This document shows positions 38,446 through 49,599 of a stretch of 64,000 nt of DNA, piece after piece. This stretch comes from Alphaproteobacteria bacterium. Its GTDB lineage: Bacteria > Pseudomonadota > Alphaproteobacteria > UBA7887. The position numbers and the translations under genes are program-made. The stretch spans positions 512,001 through 576,000 of the forward strand of contig CBDCGL010000011.1 in assembly GCA_965216755.1 (NCBI GenBank), written 5' to 3'. Position 1 is the first letter of the stretch. Each line of letters opens with the position of its first letter. The notes under the pieces were generated by a model. The model did not search any database. It was not told the DNA's origin and saw only the letters and a program-made list of their open reading frames with translations.

Positions 38446-39771
38446 TTATAGGTCTGATCGGTTGGTCGGCGCGATCAACAGCTTCGGTGGCGCCACCATG
38501 CACGGTACCTTGGCACCTTCCAAGATAGAGCAGGCGCTGCGGGCTTCGGACTCATCCATGCCCGTATATCGGGCTCTGAACAACGTCCCAAACTTATCCT
38601 TGTCGGCAAGGATCACCGGGCTCGAGGCCGCGATCAGTTGGGGAAGGGCTGACGCCGCTTGGTCGAGGGCTGTCCGTGCCGCGTCTTGGCGTGAGAATGC
38701 GCCGACTTGGATGCCCCAGAGTCCCACAGTTTCAAGATCACCAGCCTGGGCGGACGGGATCCGAACATAGTTGGTGATGGCGGCGCCGACAGCGACGGCG
38801 GCCTGTTCAAACTCAGCTGTGAAGCGCGACGCTGATGCTTCCACCGACGTCGCCCCTGGTTTCGGGATCGGTCGGGCGATGCTTTTCAGTCCCAAAGCCG
38901 CTTCCAACAATTGCGGGCGCGCGGTCCCCGGTTTCCGCACGGGCCGTCCGACTTGGGCCATCATTTGGTCCCGGCGCGCCAACGACGCGAAACCACGGTC
39001 CAGCAAGCGGCGCATTTGTCGATCGCGAGATCGGCCCGATTTTCCGCCCAACACGACGGCCACCAGATGGTGGTCGCCACGCGCGACCGAGGCGGCAAGG
39101 TTGTAGCCTGAGGCCCGCGTATAGCCGGTCTTTATGCCATTTGTGCCCTTGTATCGGCCCAGCAGGTTGTTGTGATTCCGGTAGGTGCGGCCACGAAATG
39201 TGAACTTACGGACCGAAAAGAAGTCGATGTATTGAGGGAAGTCGCGAAACAGAGCACGCGCCAATATACTCACGTCATAGGCTGTTGTGAGCTGACCTCT
39301 ATTCGGCAGTCCCGAGGCATTTCTGAATGTCGTCTTAGACATGCCAAGTGCGCGTGCCCGATCGGTCATCATCTTTGCGAACCATTGCTCATTGTCGCCG
39401 AGCGCCTCGGCCACGACGGTTGCCACATCGTTGGCAGATTTGGTCGCCAGGGCCAGAATCGCATTGCGTACCGAGATAGTTTCGCCAGCGCGCAAGCCAA
39501 GCTTCGACGGTGGCTGGCCAGCCGCCTTTCGCGTTACCTTGAGTTTAGTGTCCATGGTCAAATCGCCGCGCTCCAGCGCTTCGAACACCATGAACAGCGT
39601 CATCATTTTGGTTAATGACGCTGGGTAATTTCGCGTGTGCGCATTGGTCTGTCGCAACACAACGCCCGATCGCACATCGATTACATAGTCTGCGTAGCCC
39701 GCTTGTGCCCCGTGTTCAAGCGGTAGGATCACAGACAAGAAAACCAAAAGAATTAACCCGCGCCCTAACAT
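38446..39771 (-). CDS. D-alanyl-D-alanine carboxypeptidase (S11) with C-terminal SPOR domain
   Basis: PASLTK (SxxK), SAND and IKTGYT motifs; C-terminal IQVGAF...FRAR SPOR pattern; signal peptide. Confidence 0.92.
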   Translation of the reverse strand: MLGRGLILLVFLSVILPLEHGAQAGYADYVIDVRSGVVLRQTNAHTRNYPASLTKMMTLFMVFEALERGDLTMDTKLKVTRKAAGQPPSKLGLRAGETISVRNAILALATKSANDVATVVAEALGDNEQWFAKMMTDRARALGMSKTTFRNASGLPNRGQLTTAYDVSILARALFRDFPQYIDFFSVRKFTFRGRTYRNHNNLLGRYKGTNGIKTGYTRASGYNLAASVARGDHHLVAVVLGGKSGRSRDRQMRRLLDRGFASLARRDQMMAQVGRPVRKPGTARPQLLEAALGLKSIARPIPKPGATSVEASASRFTAEFEQAAVAVGAAITNYVRIPSAQAGDLETVGLWGIQVGAFSRQDAARTALDQAASALPQLIAASSPVILADKDKFGTLFRARYTGMDESEARSACSILEGAKVPCMVAPPKLLIAPTNRSDL

Positions 39772-40410
39772 GCCCGTACTCAGTTCTATTTTTCTGCAGG
39801 TTCTTGTTTGTCCGTTGAGAATGATTGGACGTGTTCAATCTTGCCTTCGCGACATCTCCATTTTCCCCGAAAAAAGTCTCTTTATCTATACGGATCTATC
39901 ACGACTCTGTAAAGACTTTATAAAAATGAAGGTTGTTGAAAAGGTCATCAGCTTTTGAGCCAATTTATTACTTACGTACCGCAATCGTAGTTTGTGCGTA
40001 CGCAATTTCAGCTATGTTTCGTTTGTGAAACATTTTGGCGCGTTTGTAGAAACCTACGATTTTCGTGACTTTTTTGACACAGTCTTAGTGGGCGGGATGC
40101 GACGACTGGGTGCGGTCGCCTTGGTCGTGAACGAATCATTACGTTTGATACCGGCTTTGAAACGGCACGAAAGACACGTTGAAAGCCACAGAGGCGCTTG
40201 CCGAGGATCCGATATTGCGACGGTTAATTGGCTTCCAGTCAGTCGGCGCTCCCGAGCTTGCGGTTTGGATCGTGACGCGCCGCCGTTTGTGCAAAGCGCC
40301 AAGCCGTTTGAATACCGGCGGAGCCGAGGTCTAATGGCGAAGCGGCGCAGTCGAGAATTCGGCCTGTGCCCTGCGAACTTGGATGCCAAAACAAGCCCCG
40401 ACGTATTTGC

Positions 40411-40482
40411 TGCGGCGCACAATAATCCCTTGACAGGCGCTGCTCTCGGCCCCTATATCATGACCGTTGTTGCAGTGCAGCA
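40411..40482 (+). promoter_or_regulatory. Phasin promoter flanked by two PhaR-type boxes
   Basis: TGCGGCGCACAA (40411-40422); TTGACA (40430-40435)-N17-CTATAT (40453-40458); TGCAGTGCAGCA (40471-40482). Confidence 0.75.
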
Positions 40483-40588
40483 AAACCCGCGGCGGGAACA
40501 ATAACGGACCGCGCGGGCCGAGACGTTCACGGGCGACAGTTGCAACCGAACGCGGTTGCTTGCGACGGCCCATGGGAGTGCAGGGTTT

Positions 40589-41062
40589 ATGTCTGAGGCA
40601 AAGGAAACCAAAACGCGGACGCCGGCGAAACCGGCGGTCGGGACCGCGTCGTCCAAGACTGGCGCGGCAAATGTCATGGAGAACGTTATGAAGAATGGTA
40701 CCGAGAACTGGGCGAACCAATACGAAAAAATGATCGCGTACGGCAACGGCAACGTTGAAGCGATGGTGAAAGCCAGCGAGATCGCCGCGAATGGCTTTGG
40801 TGAAATCACCCAGGCAGTTATGTCATACGTAAAAGCGCAGATGGACGAGGGCGCGGCGGCGTCGCGTGCGATCATGGGTGCCAAAGACGCGCATGCCATG
40901 GTCGAAGCTCAGAACGAGAATTTCCGTAAGTTTTTCGATCTCTGGATGAACGAGAACAAGAAAATCTCGGAAATGTCATACAAGACCATGTCCGAGGCTT
41001 GGGCGCCGATCACCGAGCGCGTGAACAGCGCGACGGACACGTGGAGCAAGCCGGTGTCCTAA
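40589..41062 (+). CDS. phaP: Phasin (PHA granule-associated protein)
   Basis: Lys/Ala/Pro-rich N-terminus, amphipathic helices with GNVEAMVKAS and APITERV, PhaR boxes, and position upstream of clpS-clpA. Confidence 0.82.
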   Translation: MSEAKETKTRTPAKPAVGTASSKTGAANVMENVMKNGTENWANQYEKMIAYGNGNVEAMVKASEIAANGFGEITQAVMSYVKAQMDEGAAASRAIMGAKDAHAMVEAQNENFRKFFDLWMNENKKISEMSYKTMSEAWAPITERVNSATDTWSKPVS

Positions 41063-41089
41063 GACCCGATTTCACGGCCCCGAGAGACG

Positions 41090-41121
41090 AAGCCCGGTAG
41101 GAATGCGCCGGGCTTTTTTTT
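41090..41121 (+). terminator. Intrinsic terminator after the phasin gene
   Basis: AAGCCCGG...CCGGGCTT stem followed by a T run. Confidence 0.85.
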
Positions 41122-41386
41122 GGCACGATTCATAGCCGAAAAATGGGGCAGACGGACTGCCGCGGCGCAGCCGGCAGCGCGCACCGCGGAGAAACGCTCG
41201 GATTGGGATTGTGTTGATTTCACCCGCCGATTTGCGTGCGTTGGTGCTATTGCGAGTCGCGCACCGGCAAACACTTTGTCAAGCCTTTAACTTGTTGGTG
41301 CAAATTCGATATTATCTATGCGTAAGAGAGCGGCTATCACGGCTGGCACGCGTTCGGTATGGTGGGTTTCCAGAAATGTTTGCGCA

Positions 41387-41710
41387 ATGAGTGACGACCG
41401 AGATCGGGACAATCGTCCAGGTACCAGCGTTGTCACCAGGACAAAAGCGAAGGCCAAAAAGCCTTCAATGTATAAGGTCCTGATGTTGAACGACGACTAC
41501 ACGCCGATGGAGTTCGTTGTTTACTGCTTGGAAAGATTCTTCCAGAAGAGCCGCGAGGAGGCGACGCGTATCATGCTTCACGTGCACCAAAAAGGCGTCG
41601 GCATTTGTGGCGTATTTTCTTATGAAGTGGCTGAAACCAAAGTGACACAGGTGATGGAGTTTGCCCGGCAGAATCAGCATCCACTGCAGTGTACATTGGA
41701 AAAGGAATGA
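41387..41710 (+). CDS. clpS: Clp protease adaptor ClpS
   Basis: [27 protein letters not shown] and HPLQC motifs. Confidence 0.96.
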   Translation: MSDDRDRDNRPGTSVVTRTKAKAKKPSMYKVLMLNDDYTPMEFVVYCLERFFQKSREEATRIMLHVHQKGVGICGVFSYEVAETKVTQVMEFARQNQHPLQCTLEKE

Positions 41711-41767
41711 CCCTTATTCGGCTCAATCGTCGGCAATTGAAGCCGCGCCAAATGTTTAGGTCTCGCA

Positions 41768-44092
41768 ATGCTGTCTAAAGCGTTAGAAGAAAGCCTTCAT
41801 CGCGCGCTGGCCTTGGCAAATGCGCACAACCACGAATTCGCGACGCTTGAGCATTTGCTGCTTGCGTTGACGGAGGACCAAGATGCCGTGGCCGTGCTGC
41901 GCGCTTGTAACGTCGATTTGGCCAAGCTGCGCGAATCGCTCGAGGGGTTCGTCGAGTCCCAATTGACCGGGTTGGTGGTCGAAACGAATGTAGCCGATGC
42001 CAAGCCGACGGCGAGTTTCCAACGCGTGATCCAACGCGCGGTGCATCACGTGCAGATGTCGGGGCGCGAAGAAGTGACAGGCGCCAATGTGCTCGTCGCA
42101 TTGTTTTCGGAACGTGAATCCCACGCCGTCTTTTTCTTGCACGAGCAAGATATGACCCGCCTCGATGCGGTCAGCTATATTAGTCATGGCATTGCCAAGG
42201 CGGCAGGACATTCAGACACACGGATTCCGCGCGGAGCAGAGGAAGAAGAAGCTGAAAAGCAAGTCAAACAAGGAAGCGAAGCGCTCGAATCCTATTGTGT
42301 CAATCTCAATGAAAAGGCACTTGCCGGTGGGATCGACCCGCTGATCGGCCGCGAGGCCGAAGTTGAGCGCACGATTCAGGTGCTGTGTCGACGCACCAAG
42401 AACAACCCACTCTATGTCGGTGATCCCGGCGTCGGGAAAACTGCAATCGCCGAGGGATTGGCGCGGCGTATCGTGCATGAAGAAGTTCCTGAGATTTTGC
42501 GCGACGCCACAATCTTTTCGTTGGATATGGGCAGTCTTTTGGCTGGAACGCGCTATCGCGGCGATTTCGAGGAGCGGGTTAAGGCGGTCTTGCAGGAACT
42601 GGAAAGTTACGATGGCGCGATCTTGTTTGTGGACGAAATCCACACCGTGATCGGCGCTGGGGCGACATCGGGCGGGGCGATGGATGCCTCGAATTTGCTG
42701 AAACCGGCACTGCAAAGCGGCGCCTTGCGCTGTATCGGATCGACCACTTATAAGGAATATCGTGGCTATTTCGAGAAAGACCGCGCGCTCGCTCGACGAT
42801 TCCAGAAGATCGACGTAAACGAGCCGTCGATCGAGGACGCGATCAAGATCCTGCACGGCTTAAAGCCTTACTATGAGGAATATCACAGCGTCCGCTATAC
42901 CAGCGAGGCGCTGCGCACGGCGGTGGATCTTTCGGCGCGCTATATCCATGACCGAAAGTTGCCGGACAAGGCGATCGACGTCATCGACGAGGTCGGCGCC
43001 GCGCAAGCACTGCTGCCGGACAGCAAACGCAAAAAGACCATTGCGGTGAAAGACGTGGAAACTGTCATCGCCAAGATGGCGCGGATTCCGCCGAAACGGG
43101 TGAGCAAGGACGACAAGTCCATGCTTGGCAATTTGCGGCGCGACTTGAAAATGGTGGTGTTTGGCCAAGATAAGCCGATCGAAGCATTGGCCAGCGCTAT
43201 CAAGCTGTCGCGCGCGGGTCTCCGCGAACCCGAAAAACCAATAGGGAACTATTTGTTTTCAGGCCCGACCGGGGTGGGAAAAACAGAAGTCGCGCGCCAG
43301 TTGGCACATATCATGGGCATCGAACTGATCCGTTTCGATATGTCCGAATATATGGAGAGGCACTCGATCTCACGGTTGATAGGGGCGCCACCGGGATATG
43401 TCGGATTTGATCAGGGTGGCCTGTTGACCGATGCGATCGATCAGCATCCCCATGCCGTGCTCCTGTTGGACGAGATTGAGAAAGCGCATCCCGACTTGTT
43501 CAACGTCTTGTTACAGGTCATGGATCACGGCAAGCTGACGGATCACAACGGCAAGACCGTGGATTTCCGCAACGTGATACTGATCATGACCACCAATGCG
43601 GGCGCGGCGGATCTCGCCAAGCCGGCCATCGGTTTCGGACGCGACGAGCGGAGTGGCGACGATGAGGATGCTATCAAGCGCATGTTCACGCCCGAGTTTC
43701 GCAATCGGTTGGATGCTGTGATCGCCTTCTCGAACCTGACACCGGAAGTCGTCAGTCGGGTCGTCGATAAATTCGTGCTACAGCTGGAGGGGCAACTGGC
43801 GGACCGCGCGGTCACCATCGAGCTGTCCGATGAGGCACGTACCTGGCTCGCGGACAAGGGCTACGACAAACTCTATGGTGCGCGGCCGCTCTCGCGCGTG
43901 ATCCAGGAACACATCAAAAAGGGTCTGGCGGAAGAATTGCTGTTTGGTCGCCTAGCCAAGGGTGGGCATGTCAAAGTCAATGTCACCGACGGCAAGATCA
44001 CTTTCGAATTTCAGGCTCCGGTCCCGTCGCGCCGGTCGGGAAAGGATTCAGGCAAGGGACGTGGCACAGTCGCCGAATCCGTCAACACGTAA
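41768..44092 (+). CDS. clpA: ATP-dependent Clp protease ATPase ClpA
   Basis: Two AAA+ modules (GDPGVGKT, GPTGVGKT), IGF loop and YGARPL. Confidence 0.97.
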   Translation: MLSKALEESLHRALALANAHNHEFATLEHLLLALTEDQDAVAVLRACNVDLAKLRESLEGFVESQLTGLVVETNVADAKPTASFQRVIQRAVHHVQMSGREEVTGANVLVALFSERESHAVFFLHEQDMTRLDAVSYISHGIAKAAGHSDTRIPRGAEEEEAEKQVKQGSEALESYCVNLNEKALAGGIDPLIGREAEVERTIQVLCRRTKNNPLYVGDPGVGKTAIAEGLARRIVHEEVPEILRDATIFSLDMGSLLAGTRYRGDFEERVKAVLQELESYDGAILFVDEIHTVIGAGATSGGAMDASNLLKPALQSGALRCIGSTTYKEYRGYFEKDRALARRFQKIDVNEPSIEDAIKILHGLKPYYEEYHSVRYTSEALRTAVDLSARYIHDRKLPDKAIDVIDEVGAAQALLPDSKRKKTIAVKDVETVIAKMARIPPKRVSKDDKSMLGNLRRDLKMVVFGQDKPIEALASAIKLSRAGLREPEKPIGNYLFSGPTGVGKTEVARQLAHIMGIELIRFDMSEYMERHSISRLIGAPPGYVGFDQGGLLTDAIDQHPHAVLLLDEIEKAHPDLFNVLLQVMDHGKLTDHNGKTVDFRNVILIMTTNAGAADLAKPAIGFGRDERSGDDEDAIKRMFTPEFRNRLDAVIAFSNLTPEVVSRVVDKFVLQLEGQLADRAVTIELSDEARTWLADKGYDKLYGARPLSRVIQEHIKKGLAEELLFGRLAKGGHVKVNVTDGKITFEFQAPVPSRRSGKDSGKGRGTVAESVNT

Positions 44093-44188
44093 TCGAAGAT
44101 TGTTCGCCGAAAGTGTGGGGCGTGGCCGATCTGGCTGCGCCCCATTTCTTTGCGCCGATAGTATAGTGCCACGAACGCGGAGGAATAG

Positions 44189-45235
44189 ATGGCGGCCATG
44201 ACCGAGATTACCCCGGAACAACAAACCGACCTGATATGGGACTATATCAAGGGATTCCATGCGGTCCATTTGATGGACATTGGCAAGACTCTCGGCCTGT
44301 TCGAGGCAATCAAGAACGCAGAGGACGGACTCACCGCCGCCGCATTGGCCACGGCGCTCGATCTTCATGCGCACTACGTTGATATCTGGTGCAAGACGGC
44401 TTTCGCCTATCGATTGTTGGACGCGGACGGCGACGGGCACTACCGCCTGGCGCCGCATTTCGACACGATCTTGGTTGACCACCGCCATCCACGCTATTTG
44501 GCCCCGTATGTCTCAGGGTCAGTGAGATTCTTCGCCGACGATTTCAAGCGCTACCCCGACCATTTTCGTACCGGCGCCGTACACAGTTTCCAAGCCCACG
44601 GCGAAGATTTTTCAGACGGCATTGCGGCCATGACCGGCGGCTTTCATGCCGTTGTGGCGCGCAAGATGCTGCCTTCTGTATCCGGCCTCAAAGACAATCT
44701 GGCCGCAGGCGCACGTGTGCTCGATATGGGGTGTGGCGCCGCCGGGCTCGTCATGCGGATCGCAGAGGCGTATCCCCAAACCCACTGTGTCGGCGTCGAT
44801 ATCGATCCGCACGGCATTACTTTGGCGCGCCGAAATGTTGCGGCAGCCGGATTGGCCGAGCGTGTGACAATCGAGCAGACTGACGGCGGCACGATCGGCC
44901 ATGAGAATGAATTCGACGTGGTGACGTTGTTTGAGGTGCTCCACGAAATTCCCCTTGATGTGCGGCCGCAGGTGTTGGCGAATTGCCACCGGGCGCTCAA
45001 ACCCGGCGCGCCCTTGTTTATTCTCGACGAGACCTATCCGGCTGATTTGGCGGACCTGCGCGCACGCGAATACGGATTGGCCGTGCAAACGGCATTTAAT
45101 GAGCTGATTTGGGGCAATGTCGTGCCGACCGCCGATGAACAAGATGCGCTTTTGGCCAGTGCCGGCTTCGAACAGGTCGAGCGCATGCAGGTTGCGACCT
45201 ATTTCACGGTTATCACGGCTCGAAAGCCAAATTAG
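44189..45235 (+). CDS. Class I SAM-dependent methyltransferase with N-terminal winged-helix domain
   Basis: VLDMGCGAAG, GVDID, FDVV..EVLHE and ALKPG motifs. Confidence 0.85.
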   Translation: MAAMTEITPEQQTDLIWDYIKGFHAVHLMDIGKTLGLFEAIKNAEDGLTAAALATALDLHAHYVDIWCKTAFAYRLLDADGDGHYRLAPHFDTILVDHRHPRYLAPYVSGSVRFFADDFKRYPDHFRTGAVHSFQAHGEDFSDGIAAMTGGFHAVVARKMLPSVSGLKDNLAAGARVLDMGCGAAGLVMRIAEAYPQTHCVGVDIDPHGITLARRNVAAAGLAERVTIEQTDGGTIGHENEFDVVTLFEVLHEIPLDVRPQVLANCHRALKPGAPLFILDETYPADLADLRAREYGLAVQTAFNELIWGNVVPTADEQDALLASAGFEQVERMQVATYFTVITARKPN

Positions 45236-45283
45236 CGTAGTTAACTAATTAAATGGATCTGATCCAGAACAGCGGCGCCCGTC

Positions 45284-46516
45284 CTATCCCGTAAAGGCCT
45301 GCAGGCCGGTTTGCGCGCGTCCCAGGATCAAGGCATGCACGTCGTGGGTACCTTCGTAGGTATTCACGGCTTCCAAATTCATGACATGGCGTATGACATG
45401 ATATTCGTCGGAGATGCCGTTGCCACCATGCATGTCGCGCGCTGCGCGGGCGATGTCCAAGGCCTTGCCGCATGAGTTTCGTTTGATCAGAGAGATCGTC
45501 TCCGGTGCCAGTTGACCGGCGTCGAACAATCGTCCGGTCCGCAGGCAGGCCTGATAGCCGATCGCGATTTCCGTCTGCATATCGGCAAGCTTTTTCTGGA
45601 TCAGTTGATTGGCCGCCAGCGGTCGGCCGAATTGGACGCGGTCCAACGTGTAGTCACGGGCCGCGTGCCAGCAGAATTCGGCGGCGCCCAACGCACCCCA
45701 GGCAATGCCGTAGCGGGCTCGGTTTAGGCACCCGAACGGGCCCTTCAAACCCTCAACGTTGGGCAACAGGTTTTCGTCAGGCACAAACACGTCGTCCATC
45801 ATGATCATGCCGGTGATAGAGGCCCGCAGCGAAAACTTGCCCTCTATCTTGGGTGTCTCCAGCCCGTCCATCCCACGCTCCAGGACAAAACCGCGAATTT
45901 TGTCGCCGTGGGCTTCTGATTTTGCCCAAACAACGCAGACATCCGCGATTGGACTGTTGGTGATCCAGTTCTTTGATCCTGAGACCCGATAGCCGCCGTC
46001 CACTTTCTTCGCCCGGGTTCTCATGCCACCTGGGTCGGACCCATGGTCGGGTTCCGTCAGGCCGAAGCAGCCGACCATTTCACCGCTCGCAAGCCCTGGC
46101 AGCCATTTCTTGCGTTGGTCCTCGTCGCCATAGGCGTAAATCGGATGCATGACAAGTGACGACTGAACGCTCATCGCCGAGCGATATCCGGAATCAACCC
46201 GCTCCACCTCGCGCGCGATCAGGCCGTAGCTCACATAGTTGGTGCCGGCGCAGCCGTATTCTTCGGGCAACGTCGCTCCAAGAAAGCCAAGCGCGCCAAA
46301 CTCGTTCATGATCTCGCGATCGAAATGCTCATGCCGGTTGGCCTCCAAGACGCGCGGCATCAGTTTTCCCTGACAGAATTCTTGCGCGGCTTCTGCGACC
46401 ATGCGTTCGTCGTCAGTCAGTTGATCGGCGATCAGGAACGGGTCGGTCCAATCAAACGTGCCATGGGTGCCGGATTGGGCTGCTTTGGGGGCCGCCGAAA
46501 CTGCTGCAGGCTGCAT
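45284..46516 (-). CDS. gcdH: Glutaryl-CoA dehydrogenase
   Basis: [35 protein letters not shown] and [10 protein letters not shown] motifs. ATG 46516 follows GAGGA. Confidence 0.92.
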   Translation of the reverse strand: MQPAAVSAAPKAAQSGTHGTFDWTDPFLIADQLTDDERMVAEAAQEFCQGKLMPRVLEANRHEHFDREIMNEFGALGFLGATLPEEYGCAGTNYVSYGLIAREVERVDSGYRSAMSVQSSLVMHPIYAYGDEDQRKKWLPGLASGEMVGCFGLTEPDHGSDPGGMRTRAKKVDGGYRVSGSKNWITNSPIADVCVVWAKSEAHGDKIRGFVLERGMDGLETPKIEGKFSLRASITGMIMMDDVFVPDENLLPNVEGLKGPFGCLNRARYGIAWGALGAAEFCWHAARDYTLDRVQFGRPLAANQLIQKKLADMQTEIAIGYQACLRTGRLFDAGQLAPETISLIKRNSCGKALDIARAARDMHGGNGISDEYHVIRHVMNLEAVNTYEGTHDVHALILGRAQTGLQAFTG

Positions 46517-46576
46517 GATGTGTCGTCCTCGTCTGATCGGATGGGTCATCCGCTAGTGTCAAGATCCCGGTGCGCC

Positions 46577-47572
46577 TTATGTCGACCGCAACGGTGCATG
46601 ATCGAAGGCCCGACAGAATACCGCCGGGTCGACATTGCCACCAGAGAGCACAACGATCACGGTACGATCGCGGCAATCGAACACGCCACTCAGGGCTGCC
46701 GCCAACGCCACGGCGCCACCGGGTTCCACGACGATTTTCAAGTGTTGATAGGCGGCGTACATGGCCGTCCACACCTGTGACTCGTTCACGACAAGTCCAG
46801 ATGCCAAAAGTCTTTGATTGATCGAAAATGTCAGCTCACCCGGCGTGGGGGCCAACAAGGCGTCGCATATAGAACGTGCGTCTGGGGAATTCTGCTGCCG
46901 TTGGCCCGCGACCAGCGAACGCGCCGTGTCATCGAATCCTTCGGGTTCGACCGCGTGGATCTCAATGCCAGGCGCATGGTGGGTTAGGGCCGTCGCGCAA
47001 CCGGCGATAAGGCCGCCGCCGCCACAACACACCAAGGCCGCGTCCGGTGGGGCGGCCATGGCCATCGCCTGAGCGTACGCTTCCAGTCCCGTCGTGCCCT
47101 GGCCGGCGATGATCTCGGCATCATCATAGGGTGGTACGATTGTGGCGCCCCGCTCCTCAGCCACGCGCCGTCCGATGTCCTCACGAATTTCGGTATGGCG
47201 ATCGTATGAGATGATTTCGGCGCCCCAGCCGCGCGTGCCGTCGACTTTGGCCAGTGGCGCATCGGCGGGCATGACGATAGTTGCTGGTATGCCGAGTAGG
47301 TTCGCGGCTGCGGCCACCCCCTGCGCGTGATTGCCGGACGACCAAGCCACTACGCCTTGGGCTCGTCGGGCCCGGCTAAGTTTCGAAATCTTGTTGTAGG
47401 CGCCGCGAAACTTGAACGATCCGGTGCGCTGGAGCGGCTCAGCCTTGATCAGCAACCGACCCTTCGCCGCCGCGTCCAAGGCCGCGGAGCGTAACAGTGG
47501 CGTGACAACAGCGCGGCCCTTGAGGCGCCGCGCCGCGCCAACCACATCATCGATGGTCGGCGCGTCAGCCAT
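46577..47572 (-). CDS. PLP-dependent threonine/serine dehydratase or serine racemase family (no ACT domain)
   Basis: TGSFKFRGA, SSGNHAQ, GQGT, GGGGL, EPGG and SGGN motifs. Confidence 0.88.
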   Translation of the reverse strand: MADAPTIDDVVGAARRLKGRAVVTPLLRSAALDAAAKGRLLIKAEPLQRTGSFKFRGAYNKISKLSRARRAQGVVAWSSGNHAQGVAAAANLLGIPATIVMPADAPLAKVDGTRGWGAEIISYDRHTEIREDIGRRVAEERGATIVPPYDDAEIIAGQGTTGLEAYAQAMAMAAPPDAALVCCGGGGLIAGCATALTHHAPGIEIHAVEPEGFDDTARSLVAGQRQQNSPDARSICDALLAPTPGELTFSINQRLLASGLVVNESQVWTAMYAAYQHLKIVVEPGGAVALAAALSGVFDCRDRTVIVVLSGGNVDPAVFCRAFDHAPLRST

Positions 47573-47580
47573 GGGATGTA

Positions 47581-49599
47581 CTAGTTGGTAATTTGGGCGC
47601 CGTTGGGACCGGTGATCGTTTCGACCAAGCTTTGGCGCAGCGGTTGCACCTGATCCGACAGCACATAACGATAGACTTCCGTGCTTTCCAGGACCCGCTG
47701 GATATAGTTTCGCGTTTCTTCAAACGGCAACATTTCGATCCAATCGATCGGATCAACGGCGCTGGATCGGGGATCACCAAATGTTTGGACCCATTGATAG
47801 ACTCGCGTGGGACCAGCATTATACGCAGCCAGCGCCATGGCATAAGAGCCATTGTAACGGTCGAGCAGGCCGGCCAGATAGCTCGCACCAAGACGCAGGT
47901 TGTAGAGCGGGTCGGTGGTCAGTCGGCCGCGATCATATTTGATCCGCAACGAGCGCGCGACAGCTTTGGCGGTGGAGGGGCGAAGCTGCATGAGCCCACG
48001 GGCACCGGCGCGGCTAACGGCGCTGTTGTTCATTTCGCTCTCCTGACGAGCGACAGCCAATATCAGTGCCATTTCCGGTGCCGCGGGCAATCCCGCCAGG
48101 TCTTGCGCGCGATACGGGGTCGGATAGCTGTAGGCGGCCAAAACGGTACCTTCCAACGCCGCTTTCTTTGCCGCCGCGATTGAGATGTGCGGCATGCTAT
48201 AGGCAAGTCCGAGGGCCGCTATCAAGGCGTGTTCCTCTGCGCTGGCCGCATCGCGCGCCATATGGCGCACGAATCGGCGCGCCAGGCGGTCCTTGCCGAT
48301 AGCGGCGATGGCGCGCGTTGCTTGCACCAGTTCGCGACTTTCAAATGCCGTGCGGATTTCACTGTTCGGCGTTGGACCCGTGGCCACCACCAAGCCTGGC
48401 TTGCCCGCGGCCCGCGCGGCGAGTTGGCCATAAAACGTGGTTGGATGTTCGGCGGCCAAACGATACCAATGCATGGCTTCGTGCAAGTTACCGCGCGCGC
48501 CTTCGGTCCGCGCGACCCAATAGGCGGCCCGCGCCACGCTGATCGGATAGCGCACCACGCCATACATTCTCTTGAAATGGTCGACGGCGAGATCGGGATC
48601 ATTTAGGAATCGATAGGCAATCCATCCGGCCAACCATTCCGCTTCCGATAATGTCGCTGATTTAGATTGGTGGTGATGTGCCGCCAATCGGTAGGCATCA
48701 GTTATATGGCCCTGACCCAACGCGATGCGCAGTTGAGTCCTCTGTTCCGGCCAAACGCGGACCGCCTCGCGAATAGACTCGGGCGCATCGAGCAGCAGCT
48801 GGCGGGCGCGATCGTCGAACCCCTTACGTCGACGCCAGCGCACACGCTCGAACCACAACCCCGCGTCGCCGCGCAACTCCGCCGGCACTTTCGCGATCGC
48901 GGCATCGACCCCGGGTCGCCGCTGCATCAGGCGCAGGCGCGCTTCGCCGAGTAATGCATATGGCCGCTCAACACGTTTGAGCATGCGGGTGGCGGCATAA
49001 CGCTGGCCGATCCAGATCATCCGATCCAACCGGGCGATGTGATCATCGGCGGTGATCAGCGGCCGGTGGCGCCCGAGGAAATGCTTCTCCTGTGCGGCCG
49101 TAAACGCTTTTTGTCGCCAGGTCTCGCGCAACACTTCGATGCCGGCCGCAGAGTCGCCCAGGCTGATCAGAGCTTCGCCATAGCGTTGTTGGCCAACGCC
49201 GGTTAACGGCGCGTGGGTGCCGTACCAGGCTGCCACGATATCGGCGCCAACCGTCACGGGGAGTGTCTCCTCGGCATGGCGTTGTACCGTCTTCAAGTCA
49301 GGCCACGTGGGATTTCGATCAACGAAGTCGGCGCGGTCGGCAAACGACGCATGCTTTCCTGGTTCGCGCAGAATCGCCCATCGGATAACCTTGCCGACGA
49401 GCGGATTTCCCGTCCGTGCGATCGCGCTCTTGGCGCGCTTCCAGGACTTTTGCTCAATTGCTTCAAAAGCATCTTTGGCGATCGCCACGTCGGCGCCTGA
49501 GATCGGCAGCGGCGCTGGTGACTCAGCCGTCGCGGTGTCGGCCGCGGTCGGCCGGTTAATCGCCAGCAGAACAACCAGACACAAGTAGATTAGGCGCAT
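47581..49599 (-). CDS. Soluble lytic murein transglycosylase (Slt70-like)
   Basis: ARQES, GLMQL, AAYNAG and ETRNYIQRV motifs; signal peptide at MRLIYL. Start trimmed. Confidence 0.92.
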   Translation of the reverse strand: MRLIYLCLVVLLAINRPTAADTATAESPAPLPISGADVAIAKDAFEAIEQKSWKRAKSAIARTGNPLVGKVIRWAILREPGKHASFADRADFVDRNPTWPDLKTVQRHAEETLPVTVGADIVAAWYGTHAPLTGVGQQRYGEALISLGDSAAGIEVLRETWRQKAFTAAQEKHFLGRHRPLITADDHIARLDRMIWIGQRYAATRMLKRVERPYALLGEARLRLMQRRPGVDAAIAKVPAELRGDAGLWFERVRWRRRKGFDDRARQLLLDAPESIREAVRVWPEQRTQLRIALGQGHITDAYRLAAHHHQSKSATLSEAEWLAGWIAYRFLNDPDLAVDHFKRMYGVVRYPISVARAAYWVARTEGARGNLHEAMHWYRLAAEHPTTFYGQLAARAAGKPGLVVATGPTPNSEIRTAFESRELVQATRAIAAIGKDRLARRFVRHMARDAASAEEHALIAALGLAYSMPHISIAAAKKAALEGTVLAAYSYPTPYRAQDLAGLPAAPEMALILAVARQESEMNNSAVSRAGARGLMQLRPSTAKAVARSLRIKYDRGRLTTDPLYNLRLGASYLAGLLDRYNGSYAMALAAYNAGPTRVYQWVQTFGDPRSSAVDPIDWIEMLPFEETRNYIQRVLESTEVYRYVLSDQVQPLRQSLVETITGPNGAQITN

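Noticed and set aside
39992-40504. 170-aa (+) and 122-aa (-) ORFs in the dac-phasin gap
   Set aside because: Weak starts, atypical codons and no recognisable motif; the + ORF runs through the phasin promoter and PhaR boxes.
45236-45283. TTAA pair as a CtrA box, plus short palindromes
   Set aside because: Spacing is N4 rather than N7, and the site lies between convergent gene ends.
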